Part shown: positions 56,645-64,000 of the stretch, piece after piece
Layout: each line of letters starts with the position of its first letter
Position numbering within the stretch: position 1 is the first letter of the stretch
Assembly (NCBI GenBank): GCA_017555085.1
Contig: JAFZHD010000051.1
Coordinates: forward strand, 5,491-69,490
Length of the DNA: 64,000 nt
DNA from: Muribaculaceae bacterium
GTDB lineage: Bacteria > Bacteroidota > Bacteroidia > Bacteroidales > Muribaculaceae
Reading direction: 5' to 3'
Translations under genes and position numbers: made by a program
The notes under the pieces: generated by a model
The model's database searches: none
Seen by the model: the letters and a program-made list of their open reading frames with translations, nothing else
Told to the model about the DNA's origin: nothing

Positions 56645-57141
56645 TGTTGAGTGTCGTTTGAACTGAAATAGATTTTCACGCGTTCTACATCAGTGTTTGT
56701 GATGAGCGGTTCGAGCAGTTTCACCGAGTCAATGAGCAAATGCGTGCTTTGCAACTCGCCTACTTTATAATAGTACATCGCACCACACTCTTCTGACACA
56801 AAATAGGGAATTGACTCGTAATCAAATGTGATGGTGTCGTTATATTGATAACCAGTAATGCTGTCGGTGGCATAGTTGAGGTAAAACGCTGTTGTGTTCT
56901 GTGTAGAGCGCAATGGCAAGTACACTTGTGATGCCGACTCCGAACGGCCCAACAACAATGTTTCGGCACCTACTCCGCCAATGTTTACGCCCGAGATTTT
57001 TAGTTTCTGCTTGGTTTTGCTATCATAAAATCCGACCAACGGAATACTGCTCTGTTTGTCGATGCAGCCCGACGACGAGCACGACCACATTGCCGCAGCC
57101 GCCACAATCATCACCACACATATTTTCAGAATTTTCCCCAT
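56641..57141 (-). CDS. Predicted lipoprotein, unknown function
   Basis: Signal peptide with cysteine (AAAAMWSCSSSGC). 166 aa, co-transcribed with the barrel protein gene. Confidence 0.45.
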   Translation of the reverse strand: MGKILKICVVMIVAAAAMWSCSSSGCIDKQSSIPLVGFYDSKTKQKLKISGVNIGGVGAETLLLGRSESASQVYLPLRSTQNTTAFYLNYATDSITGYQYNDTITFDYESIPYFVSEECGAMYYYKVGELQSTHLLIDSVKLLEPLITNTDVERVKIYFSSNDTQQ

Positions 57142-57674
57142 ACGGTAATATCGTCAAGAGATTTGCGTTTCTTTTCTGGGGCAATATCACCCACCTCGGG
57201 ATAGCCAATCGGAATGATGGCTATCGGTTCGAAATTAGCGGGAATGTTGAGAGCCTGACGCAAGATTGCGACATCAAAGTTACACACCCAACAAGTGCCC
57301 AACCCTATTGCCGATGCGGCAAGACAAATGTGCTCAACAGCAATTGATACATCAACATCGGTGTGATCCTTTTCATCGGCCGCACGATGCCAAGCCTCGT
57401 CGTGATTGCCACACGCAACGATAAATGCGGGTGCTGTTCTCACCCACGGACGGTCGTAACTTGCAATCACTGCCTCGCGCAACTCGGGAGTGTCAACCAC
57501 AGCAAACATCCACGGCTGACGGTTGCACGCCGACGGTGCCAAGCGTGCCATTTCAAGCACTTGGGTAATCTCCTGTCGCGACACGGGCATAGAACTGTAA
57601 TTGCGACACGAATATCGGTCGGCAACTACTTGTGTCAATATCTCAAACTGATTTTTACTCATTATCGTTGGCAT
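57126..57674 (-). CDS. Nitroreductase-family flavoprotein
   Basis: RYSCRNYS...APSACNRQPW motif typical of NADH/FMN nitroreductases. The start is ambiguous (ATG at 57674 or 57662). Confidence 0.85.
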   Translation of the reverse strand: MPTIMSKNQFEILTQVVADRYSCRNYSSMPVSRQEITQVLEMARLAPSACNRQPWMFAVVDTPELREAVIASYDRPWVRTAPAFIVACGNHDEAWHRAADEKDHTDVDVSIAVEHICLAASAIGLGTCWVCNFDVAILRQALNIPANFEPIAIIPIGYPEVGDIAPEKKRKSLDDITVWGKF

Positions 57675-58623
57675 CAAGTTCCTCTTCTATCTCATACTCG
57701 TTGCGGCGGTGTGAGTTGCGCACTATCAGTTCGCCCACAAATCCGGTGAGGAACAACTGCGTGCCGAGCAACATCATTACCAGCGAGAGATAGAAATAGG
57801 GAGAATCGGTGATGAGGATATATGACAATCCACTATACATATTATACAATTTCATTGCACCTACAACAACCACTGCAATAAAACCGATGATAAACATCAA
57901 ACTGCCCAAAAGGCCGAAGAAGTGCATGGGCTTAGCGCCAAACTTGCCTGTAAACCACAATGTGGCAAGGTCGAGATAACCGTTAACAAAGCGGTCAAGG
58001 CCAAATTTTGTAGAGCCATATTTGCGTGCTTGGTGTTGAACCACCTTTTCGCCGATGCGGTTAAAGCCGGCATTCTTTGCCAAATAAGGAATATATCGGT
58101 GCATATCGCCATAAACCTCGATGTGCTTAACCACTTTTTTGCGATAGGCTTTCAAGCCGCAGTTAAAGTCGTGAAGGTTTTTGATGCCGCTCACTTTGCG
58201 TGCTGTGGCATTAAACAACTTTGTAGGTATAGTCTTTGACAGCGGGTCATAGCGTTTCTGCTTCCAACCCGACACCAAGTCATAACCCTCCTCGGTAATC
58301 ATGCGATACAATTCGGGAATTTCGTCGGGACTGTCTTGAAGGTCGGCGTCCATTGTGATGACAACATCACCTTGGGCGCGAACAAAACCTGTGTTCAACG
58401 CGGGCGACTTGCCATAGTTGCGACGGAAACACACTCCGCGCACATTGGGATTTTTCTCACGGAGCGACTTGATTACATCCCACGATTCGTCGGTACTGCC
58501 GTCATTAATAAACAATATCTCATAGGAGAAATTATTAGCCTCCATCACTCGCTTAATCCATGCCTCCAACTCGGGCAGCGATTCTGCTTCGTTATACAAT
58601 GGAACGATTACCGAAATATCCAT
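57655..58623 (-). CDS. GT2 polyprenyl-phosphate glycosyltransferase (GtrB/ArnC-like) with two C-terminal TM helices
   Basis: SVIVPLYNE, INDGSTD and DADLQD motifs, with C-terminal hydrophobic helices. Confidence 0.9.
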   Translation of the reverse strand: MDISVIVPLYNEAESLPELEAWIKRVMEANNFSYEILFINDGSTDESWDVIKSLREKNPNVRGVCFRRNYGKSPALNTGFVRAQGDVVITMDADLQDSPDEIPELYRMITEEGYDLVSGWKQKRYDPLSKTIPTKLFNATARKVSGIKNLHDFNCGLKAYRKKVVKHIEVYGDMHRYIPYLAKNAGFNRIGEKVVQHQARKYGSTKFGLDRFVNGYLDLATLWFTGKFGAKPMHFFGLLGSLMFIIGFIAVVVVGAMKLYNMYSGLSYILITDSPYFYLSLVMMLLGTQLFLTGFVGELIVRNSHRRNEYEIEEELDANDNE

Positions 58624-58647
58624 TTCTATATAGTTTTAGTTTATACT

Positions 58648-59175
58648 CTACTTTATTTTTATCGACCTGATGATGAGCGATAGCACTATTGACAGCAACG
58701 AGCCGCTAAACACTTGCAACCACAACATTTCGATTACAAGTTGAATCGAACTCGGAATCATTTTCTGCTCAATAGCCTTGCGCAACACATCGGCCATTTC
58801 CTGTCCTTGGGGCAATCCGCTTTCTTCCCATATTTTTATCGCGGCATTGGCTTGCGACACGATAAAATCGGGCTGAATCCATCGCATAAACACTACTGCC
58901 ACCAAGCCTGATATAAGACCGCCGCAAAAGAAGGTCACAATGCCTTGCAACCACAATTCCGAGAACGTCAATTTACCGCCAAAGGCCACATAAGTGCGGC
59001 GCAAAAAGCGATACATCACCACCGGAACGGCAAGCATCATAAGCGTTGACAACAGTCCCGCAAACGGAACGGCCATCGAATAGGCTGTCGCAAAAAACAT
59101 CACGACAAGGTAGATGCCGAATACAAATCCGTCATCGCCACCACGCTTATATACCGACAATTTCAGTTCAGACAT
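58648..59175 (-). CDS. Small polytopic membrane protein (DUF4199-like), unknown function
   Basis: A 175-aa protein with 4-5 hydrophobic helices, sitting upstream of the GT2 gene. The family name is from memory of similar Bacteroidota gene pairs and is not verified. Confidence 0.4.
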   Translation of the reverse strand: MSELKLSVYKRGGDDGFVFGIYLVVMFFATAYSMAVPFAGLLSTLMMLAVPVVMYRFLRRTYVAFGGKLTFSELWLQGIVTFFCGGLISGLVAVVFMRWIQPDFIVSQANAAIKIWEESGLPQGQEMADVLRKAIEQKMIPSSIQLVIEMLWLQVFSGSLLSIVLSLIIRSIKIK

Positions 59176-59227
59176 ATTTATGCAATTAACTTTACCCTAC
59201 AAAGGTAATTATATTTGGGGTTATTTA

Positions 59228-59262
59228 CAAAAAATGGTGAATTTGTCTCACGACAATTCACC
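59228..59262 (-). terminator. Intrinsic terminator downstream of the large T9SS cargo gene
   Basis: GGTGAATT (59236-59243) pairs with AATTCACC (59255-59262), followed on the minus strand by ATTTTTTG. Confidence 0.6.
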
Positions 59263-59292
59263 ATTTCTAACTTATTTGACAATAAAACCGGC

Positions 59293-62200
59293 TTATTTAA
59301 CCGCCACTTTTATCGCGTTTTTGCTTGATTTTACAATGTAGATGCCGGGAACAACCTCCACCTTGGCTGTTGCTGCCTCTACTTGGGCAACGAGCAGGCC
59401 GTTAACTGTGTAAACCGATACAACATCGTTCATGGGGTTCACAACATTGATTGCGCCGTCGTTGACATAAGCGTCAAAGTTGCGTTGAGCGGTTGTGATT
59501 GACTCTGTGCCTGTTGTACCCGAAAGGCGGATATTGTAAAGGAACAAGTATTCCATATATGCTGCCGAGTAGGCTTTGAATCCATAGTAGTAAACGCCGG
59601 TTTCGGGAACGGTAAAGTCGAGAGAATAGGTTGTAATTGAACCGTCATCTTCTTGTGCGGGAACAGTGGGGAGGTCAAGCAACACTTCGGTTTGTGCCTC
59701 GGGTGTTTTGCCTTTGCCCAATGTCACGAGCATTGATTCGGGATATTCATAAGATGTTGAGAATGTACTGAATGTCAAACTGTAAGGAGCACCCGCATCA
59801 TAACGAACGGGGGGCGAAATCATCCAGTCGTTTGCACCTTCGGCCCAGTTGTAGGGATAGAATGCAGCACCTGTTTCAGTATCCAAAGTCCAAGTATAAC
59901 CGTCTTGGTTGATGTCGAGAACTGTATAGTAGTTATACATATCGGCTACGCTACCAAACACACCGCCAAAGGGAGGAACGATGGGCGAACCAACTACAAC
60001 TGCATTTGAAACAACACCTGCTGTTCTCACTGAGTCGCAGCATGAATAAACCACATAGTAGTAGCGCAACAAGTCAGCGCCGTGTTCTTCAACAAACACT
60101 GTATCGGTAATGCCTGATGCAACGGTGAGTTCTTCGGGATAGCGAACAACATCAAATTTCAATTTGCTTGCATCAAATTCTGCACCGTGTGTACCAACTA
60201 CGGGACGACTCCATGTGAGTGTTGTTGTCAAGTTTTCGTCAGTAAGTGCAACATTCAAGGGAGCAGAGGGCATATCATAACCAATGAGGAATGTGCGAGT
60301 CACAACAGGACCTTCACCTACCTCGTTTGACAACTGAATTTCCAAGTCGTGAACACCTTGTGTTGATGACACAGTAAGTTCAACCAACGAGCCTGCTGCT
60401 GCTTGACCTGCAAGGCTGATACCTCCGTTAACTTCTTTCACTGTGTAATTAACCATCGATGTCATTGCAGTGCCGTCGTATGTTTCAGCGGGAATCATGA
60501 ACGAGATAACACCTTCTGATGCATGGAGGTCGGTTTGAGTGTATTTGAAGTCAGAGATGATGCCGGGAGCAAGTCTTTTGGGTGCATTAAAATAAGCACC
60601 TGTGATTGCATATACATCGGTAATGTATGTGAGCAATGTTGCGCGGCAGTTTACGGGGTCAATTTCAAACAAAGGTGCATATTGCGAACCGATTGCCATA
60701 CTTGAACTACACATCATCCAATAGAGTTTCTTTGCGTTGTAGTCATAGAACAATGTCTGATGATATTTCATGTTAACCAAAATATCTTCGGGCAACATGT
60801 TGGCAACCTGAATTTCGCCGATATCGGCAATTTGGCCGTTTTCTTTATTGATGCGGCAGAAGAAGTGTTTTTGGTCGCCTGTCTTGTAATCTTCGGTCAT
60901 GTAGATTGCATAGAGGTTACCTTGTTCATCACAAGTCATTGCCACAAAGCGTTTACGGTAGTCCAATGCGCTGGGCGCAAGGCGTTTCATCTGACCGTTT
61001 TGGGGATTAATCTCCATCAACCAGTAGTCAACATAGTCTCTAACGAAACCATACATCTTGTCGCTTGTGGGGTCATAAGCCATTGCGATTGTAGTGTTTT
61101 CGCAGTTGGTATTCAACGTATCGGCCGAGAGTGTTTCAAATGTCTTGGCATCAAGCACTTTCCACACGGGTTTTGCAAACTGATAGTCGCTTTGGAAGTT
61201 ATATTCGTTGCAATACAATTTACCTTCGTGGTAAACACAACCACCACCAAAATCGGCTTCAAACACAGGATTTCTCAATGAAACCTTGTATTCGTTGTTG
61301 TGGTAATACATTGTATAGAACCCTTTGGGAGCCAATGTGTACTCATCAAGTTGTGATTGAGTAAACACCGCCATAAAGTCAACTCCTTCCATTGAAAGGC
61401 GTTGGTTGTAATCGCGTTTTTCGGTCAAGTCGGGGTTGTCGTTGTCGGCCGAGATATTTTCGGCGGGAGCAACATAAACAAGCTCTTCTTCAACAACTTC
61501 GCCGGCTTCCATATATCCGAGCGTTACGCTGCCGACATGTATGTTGCTACCTACATAAGTTGCGTGGAAGCCAAAGTAATATGTTCCGGCAGTCGCAACT
61601 TCAAATTGAAGTGAATTGAATTCAGCAGACCCGTTTTGGCAAAGGTCGGTATATGTAGCAATAGTTTTTGTTTGTGCCGACGATTTTTGAGCGTTACCCA
61701 TTGTCACATCCATGCTTGCACCATAGTCGCGCGATGTAGCCAACTTATAGGTCAAGATATAACGCTTGCCGGGTTCCAACTGTGCTCCGGGTGAAATCAA
61801 CCAGTCGTTAACTGATTTGCCCATTGTTGAAATCAAGGCTCCACTTGCATAGTATTCCCATGCTTCGCTACCGTTTTTGTTTTCAGTCACCCATGAGTTT
61901 GCAAATTCAGTTTTAGTGATGTTCATTGACTTCACTTTCACGATTGTACCTTGAACATCATCAAGGTCGATTTCGCGTGACACCTTTTCTGAAATTTCAT
62001 CGGCTTGGAGTGCCACTGAATAAGTGTGCTTGCCGCTGAATTGTGCAGGTTTATATTCATATCTAACGGTGTCAGAAGCAATCATATTAGGAACTGTTGC
62101 CACCAATTTATCGTCTTCATAAATGAGAGCGTTCATCTTGCAAGTGATTGCAACGCCGTCAGTGTCGTGTTTGGGGTTAATCCAACGCATTCTCACTACT

Positions 62201-62787
62201 TGCGCAGCGCCATCGGGAGCAATGCTCACAGCAGGAATTGCTTGGGGACATTGTGGAGTAGTTTCTTTAATCGACAACGATTTGAGCAACAACATACCGT
62301 TTCCGGCTGCCGATCTGAGTTCTATACCGATAACACTCTCACGATCAGTTTCGGCATAAATGTGACAATAGCGAGTCACCTTACCTGCGTTGAAATCAAA
62401 TGTTTCACTTACCAGATACTCAGTCATTGCATCTACCTTTGCATCTGTGCCACAGAAAAGTGTAACATTATCAGCGCCATACGCACCACGCTGTGCCACT
62501 GTATAGGCCACCACATAGTGTTTGCCGCCTTGCAATTTGAATGAAGGTGTGAACAACCAATCTTGCGCAGCGTTCAAAGTGTTCATACCGTCATAAACAA
62601 CACCTTTAAGATTTGACTCTTCGTGCCAAGTTGCACCGTCGCCGTTTTCATCAAAAACAGTCCAACCTTCCATTGTGGCACCTTTGCTGAAATCCTGATT
62701 CAAGACATCAGTATCGGCAGCAATCGCAACATTGGCTCCGAGTGCCAACAATGCGCCACAAAAGAACATTTTAAAAAATTTGTTCAT
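59293..62787 (-). CDS. Large modular secreted protein with T9SS C-terminal sorting domain; three MAM/choice-of-anchor-J-like modules
   Basis: Signal peptide. Three internally related modules share W..(D/N)..G..W ... (Q/N)DW(L/M)(F/I)(T/S)P ... G..Y...(Y/F) patterns, at about residues 30-185, 290-440 and 930-1090. The CTD reads VSVYTVNGLLVAQVEAATAKVEVVPGIYIVKSSKNAIKVAVK. Confidence 0.75.
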   Translation of the reverse strand: MNKFFKMFFCGALLALGANVAIAADTDVLNQDFSKGATMEGWTVFDENGDGATWHEESNLKGVVYDGMNTLNAAQDWLFTPSFKLQGGKHYVVAYTVAQRGAYGADNVTLFCGTDAKVDAMTEYLVSETFDFNAGKVTRYCHIYAETDRESVIGIELRSAAGNGMLLLKSLSIKETTPQCPQAIPAVSIAPDGAAQVVRMRWINPKHDTDGVAITCKMNALIYEDDKLVATVPNMIASDTVRYEYKPAQFSGKHTYSVALQADEISEKVSREIDLDDVQGTIVKVKSMNITKTEFANSWVTENKNGSEAWEYYASGALISTMGKSVNDWLISPGAQLEPGKRYILTYKLATSRDYGASMDVTMGNAQKSSAQTKTIATYTDLCQNGSAEFNSLQFEVATAGTYYFGFHATYVGSNIHVGSVTLGYMEAGEVVEEELVYVAPAENISADNDNPDLTEKRDYNQRLSMEGVDFMAVFTQSQLDEYTLAPKGFYTMYYHNNEYKVSLRNPVFEADFGGGCVYHEGKLYCNEYNFQSDYQFAKPVWKVLDAKTFETLSADTLNTNCENTTIAMAYDPTSDKMYGFVRDYVDYWLMEINPQNGQMKRLAPSALDYRKRFVAMTCDEQGNLYAIYMTEDYKTGDQKHFFCRINKENGQIADIGEIQVANMLPEDILVNMKYHQTLFYDYNAKKLYWMMCSSSMAIGSQYAPLFEIDPVNCRATLLTYITDVYAITGAYFNAPKRLAPGIISDFKYTQTDLHASEGVISFMIPAETYDGTAMTSMVNYTVKEVNGGISLAGQAAAGSLVELTVSSTQGVHDLEIQLSNEVGEGPVVTRTFLIGYDMPSAPLNVALTDENLTTTLTWSRPVVGTHGAEFDASKLKFDVVRYPEELTVASGITDTVFVEEHGADLLRYYYVVYSCCDSVRTAGVVSNAVVVGSPIVPPFGGVFGSVADMYNYYTVLDINQDGYTWTLDTETGAAFYPYNWAEGANDWMISPPVRYDAGAPYSLTFSTFSTSYEYPESMLVTLGKGKTPEAQTEVLLDLPTVPAQEDDGSITTYSLDFTVPETGVYYYGFKAYSAAYMEYLFLYNIRLSGTTGTESITTAQRNFDAYVNDGAINVVNPMNDVVSVYTVNGLLVAQVEAATAKVEVVPGIYIVKSSKNAIKVAVK

Positions 62788-62907
62788 CTTATTTTGTTTA
62801 ATTAGTTATTATTTGGCAAAATTACTAAAAAGTCTTCATTTAGAGGCTCATTTCGTGTGTTTTAACACCGATTTACCTCCTTTTATCCACCTTTCGGCAC
62901 ATAATTA

Positions 62908-62941
62908 CGACAAACGGAGTCGTGGATATTACAACTCCGTT
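62908..62941 (-). terminator. Hairpin downstream of rho
   Basis: AACGGAGT (62913-62920) pairs with ACTCCGTT (62934-62941), followed on the minus strand by TGTCGTAATT (a weak T tract). Confidence 0.4.
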
Positions 62942-62955
62942 TTATCTATATTTTA

Positions 62956-64000
62956 TTAGTCACCCATTGTGCGAAGCAATTCTTCATTATCGTAGGTACG
63001 CTCCATGCGCTCTTTGATAAATTCCATTGCTTCGAGCGAGTTGCGGTCGCCAAGGAATCGGCGCAAAATCCACATGCGGTTGAGCGTGTCGGGGCGCAAA
63101 AGCAAATCGTCGCGACGTGTGCTTGAAGCCATAATATCAACAGCGGGGAAGATGCGTTTGTTTGACAACTTACGATCAAGTTGCAACTCCATGTTACCAG
63201 TTCCCTTGAATTCTTCAAAGATAACTTCGTCCATTTTTGAACTTGTCTCGGTCAACGCTGTCGCGATAATGGTAAGCGAACCGCCGTTTTCGATGTTACG
63301 CGCAGCACCAAAGAATCGTTTGGGCTTTTGCAACGCATTGGCATCGACACCACCCGACAAAATCTTGCCCGATGCAGGCGACACAGTGTTGTAAGCGCGG
63401 GCCAAGCGAGTGATAGAGTCAAGCAAAATCACAACATCGTGGCCACATTCCACCATGCGTTTTGCCTTTTCAAGCACGATGCTCGCAATTTTCACATGGC
63501 GCTCGGCAGGCTCGTCAAATGTTGACGCAATTACCTCGGCATTTACGCTACGGCTCATATCGGTTACTTCTTCGGGACGCTCGTCAATGAGAAGAATCAT
63601 GATATAAGTTTCGGGGTGATTTTCGGCAATCGCATTGGCAATATCTTTGAGCAAAATAGTCTTACCGGTTTTGGGAGGCGCAACAATCAAACCGCGCTGA
63701 CCTTTACCAATGGGCGAGAACATGTCAACAACGCGAGTAGAAATGTTGCATGTGCGACCGCCACAAAGGTTGAATTTCTCATCGGGGAACAAAGGTGTCA
63801 AGTGCTCAAACGGAACACGGTCGCGAATAAACTCGGGACTGCGGCCATTGACAGTCTTGACATTGCTCATGGGGAAGTATTTTTCGCCTTCTTTGGGAGG
63901 ACGGATTGTGCATTCAACAACATCACCGGCCTTCAAACCATGATTTTTGATTTGCGACTGTGTTACATAAACATCGTCGGGCGATGACAAATAGTTGTAG
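62956..64000 (-). CDS. rho: Transcription termination factor Rho (C-terminal approx. 345 aa; 5' end outside window)
   Basis: Walker A APPKTGKT, Walker [12 protein letters not shown], and an RNA-binding OB segment [17 protein letters not shown]. The frame remains open to the window edge. Confidence 0.95.
   Translation of the reverse strand, partial: YNYLSSPDDVYVTQSQIKNHGLKAGDVVECTIRPPKEGEKYFPMSNVKTVNGRSPEFIRDRVPFEHLTPLFPDEKFNLCGGRTCNISTRVVDMFSPIGKGQRGLIVAPPKTGKTILLKDIANAIAENHPETYIMILLIDERPEEVTDMSRSVNAEVIASTFDEPAERHVKIASIVLEKAKRMVECGHDVVILLDSITRLARAYNTVSPASGKILSGGVDANALQKPKRFFGAARNIENGGSLTIIATALTETSSKMDEVIFEEFKGTGNMELQLDRKLSNKRIFPAVDIMASSTRRDDLLLRPDTLNRMWILRRFLGDRNSLEAMEFIKERMERTYDNEELLRTMGD

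Overview
This window looks like a chromosomal segment of a Bacteroidota (Bacteroidales-like) bacterium. Several genes carry Bacteroides-type TTTG-N19-21-TAnnTTTG promoters. Type IX secretion (T9SS) genes are present: porU, porV and several cargo proteins with C-terminal sorting domains (CTD). The backbone reads about 50-55% GC on sampled lines and carries AT-rich insertions. Layout: 1-11.2 kb is the 3' part of a Wzx/Wzy-type capsule or O-antigen operon (Wzy-like fragment, WbpP/WbpO-type epimerase and dehydrogenase pair, flippase, three GT4 enzymes, an O-acyltransferase, a radical SAM/SPASM enzyme and an unassigned soluble protein). 11.3-13.5 kb is a histidine kinase and OmpR-type regulator pair. 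13.8-16.6 kb holds a DJ-1 protein, a RecB-like nuclease and tilS. 16.6-20.8 kb is an AT-rich islet with an AAA+/DUF4143 ATPase, a small CX5R phosphatase-fold protein and an outer-membrane barrel; three exactly phased 33-bp direct repeats sit on the ATPase promoter. 20.9-31 kb is housekeeping (radical SAM TIGR01212, aroC, ybaK, purB, an L,D-transpeptidase, two identical tRNA-Val genes, a guanine-deaminase-like gene with a zinc-ligand-less signal-peptide paralogue, rpiB, and a transglutaminase-like lipoprotein). 31-32.9 kb is AT-rich, with a T9SS cargo gene, a G8 tract, a LuxR-type HTH gene and a 530-bp non-coding gap holding a GC-rich inverted repeat. 32.9-49.4 kb is one long minus-strand array: cutC, a GH29 fucosidase, a PfkB kinase, an RluA-type synthase, topA, ispF, porV, porU, an FAH-fold gene, rex and a second full-length porU paralogue. 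49.6-55 kb is cvpA-sufBCDS. 55-59.2 kb holds envelope genes. 59.3-62.8 kb is a 1164-aa modular T9SS cargo gene. 62.96 kb to the window end is rho (partial). I found no CRISPR array and no cas, integrase, transposase, reverse transcriptase or recognised defence genes. The candidates I consider most worth follow-up are the duplicated PorU sortases flanking rex, the AT-rich ATPase/phosphatase islet with phased operator-like repeats, the deaminase/pseudo-deaminase pair, and the radical SAM and unassigned genes inside the capsule operon. All family calls come from motif and by-eye similarity only; no database search was possible.
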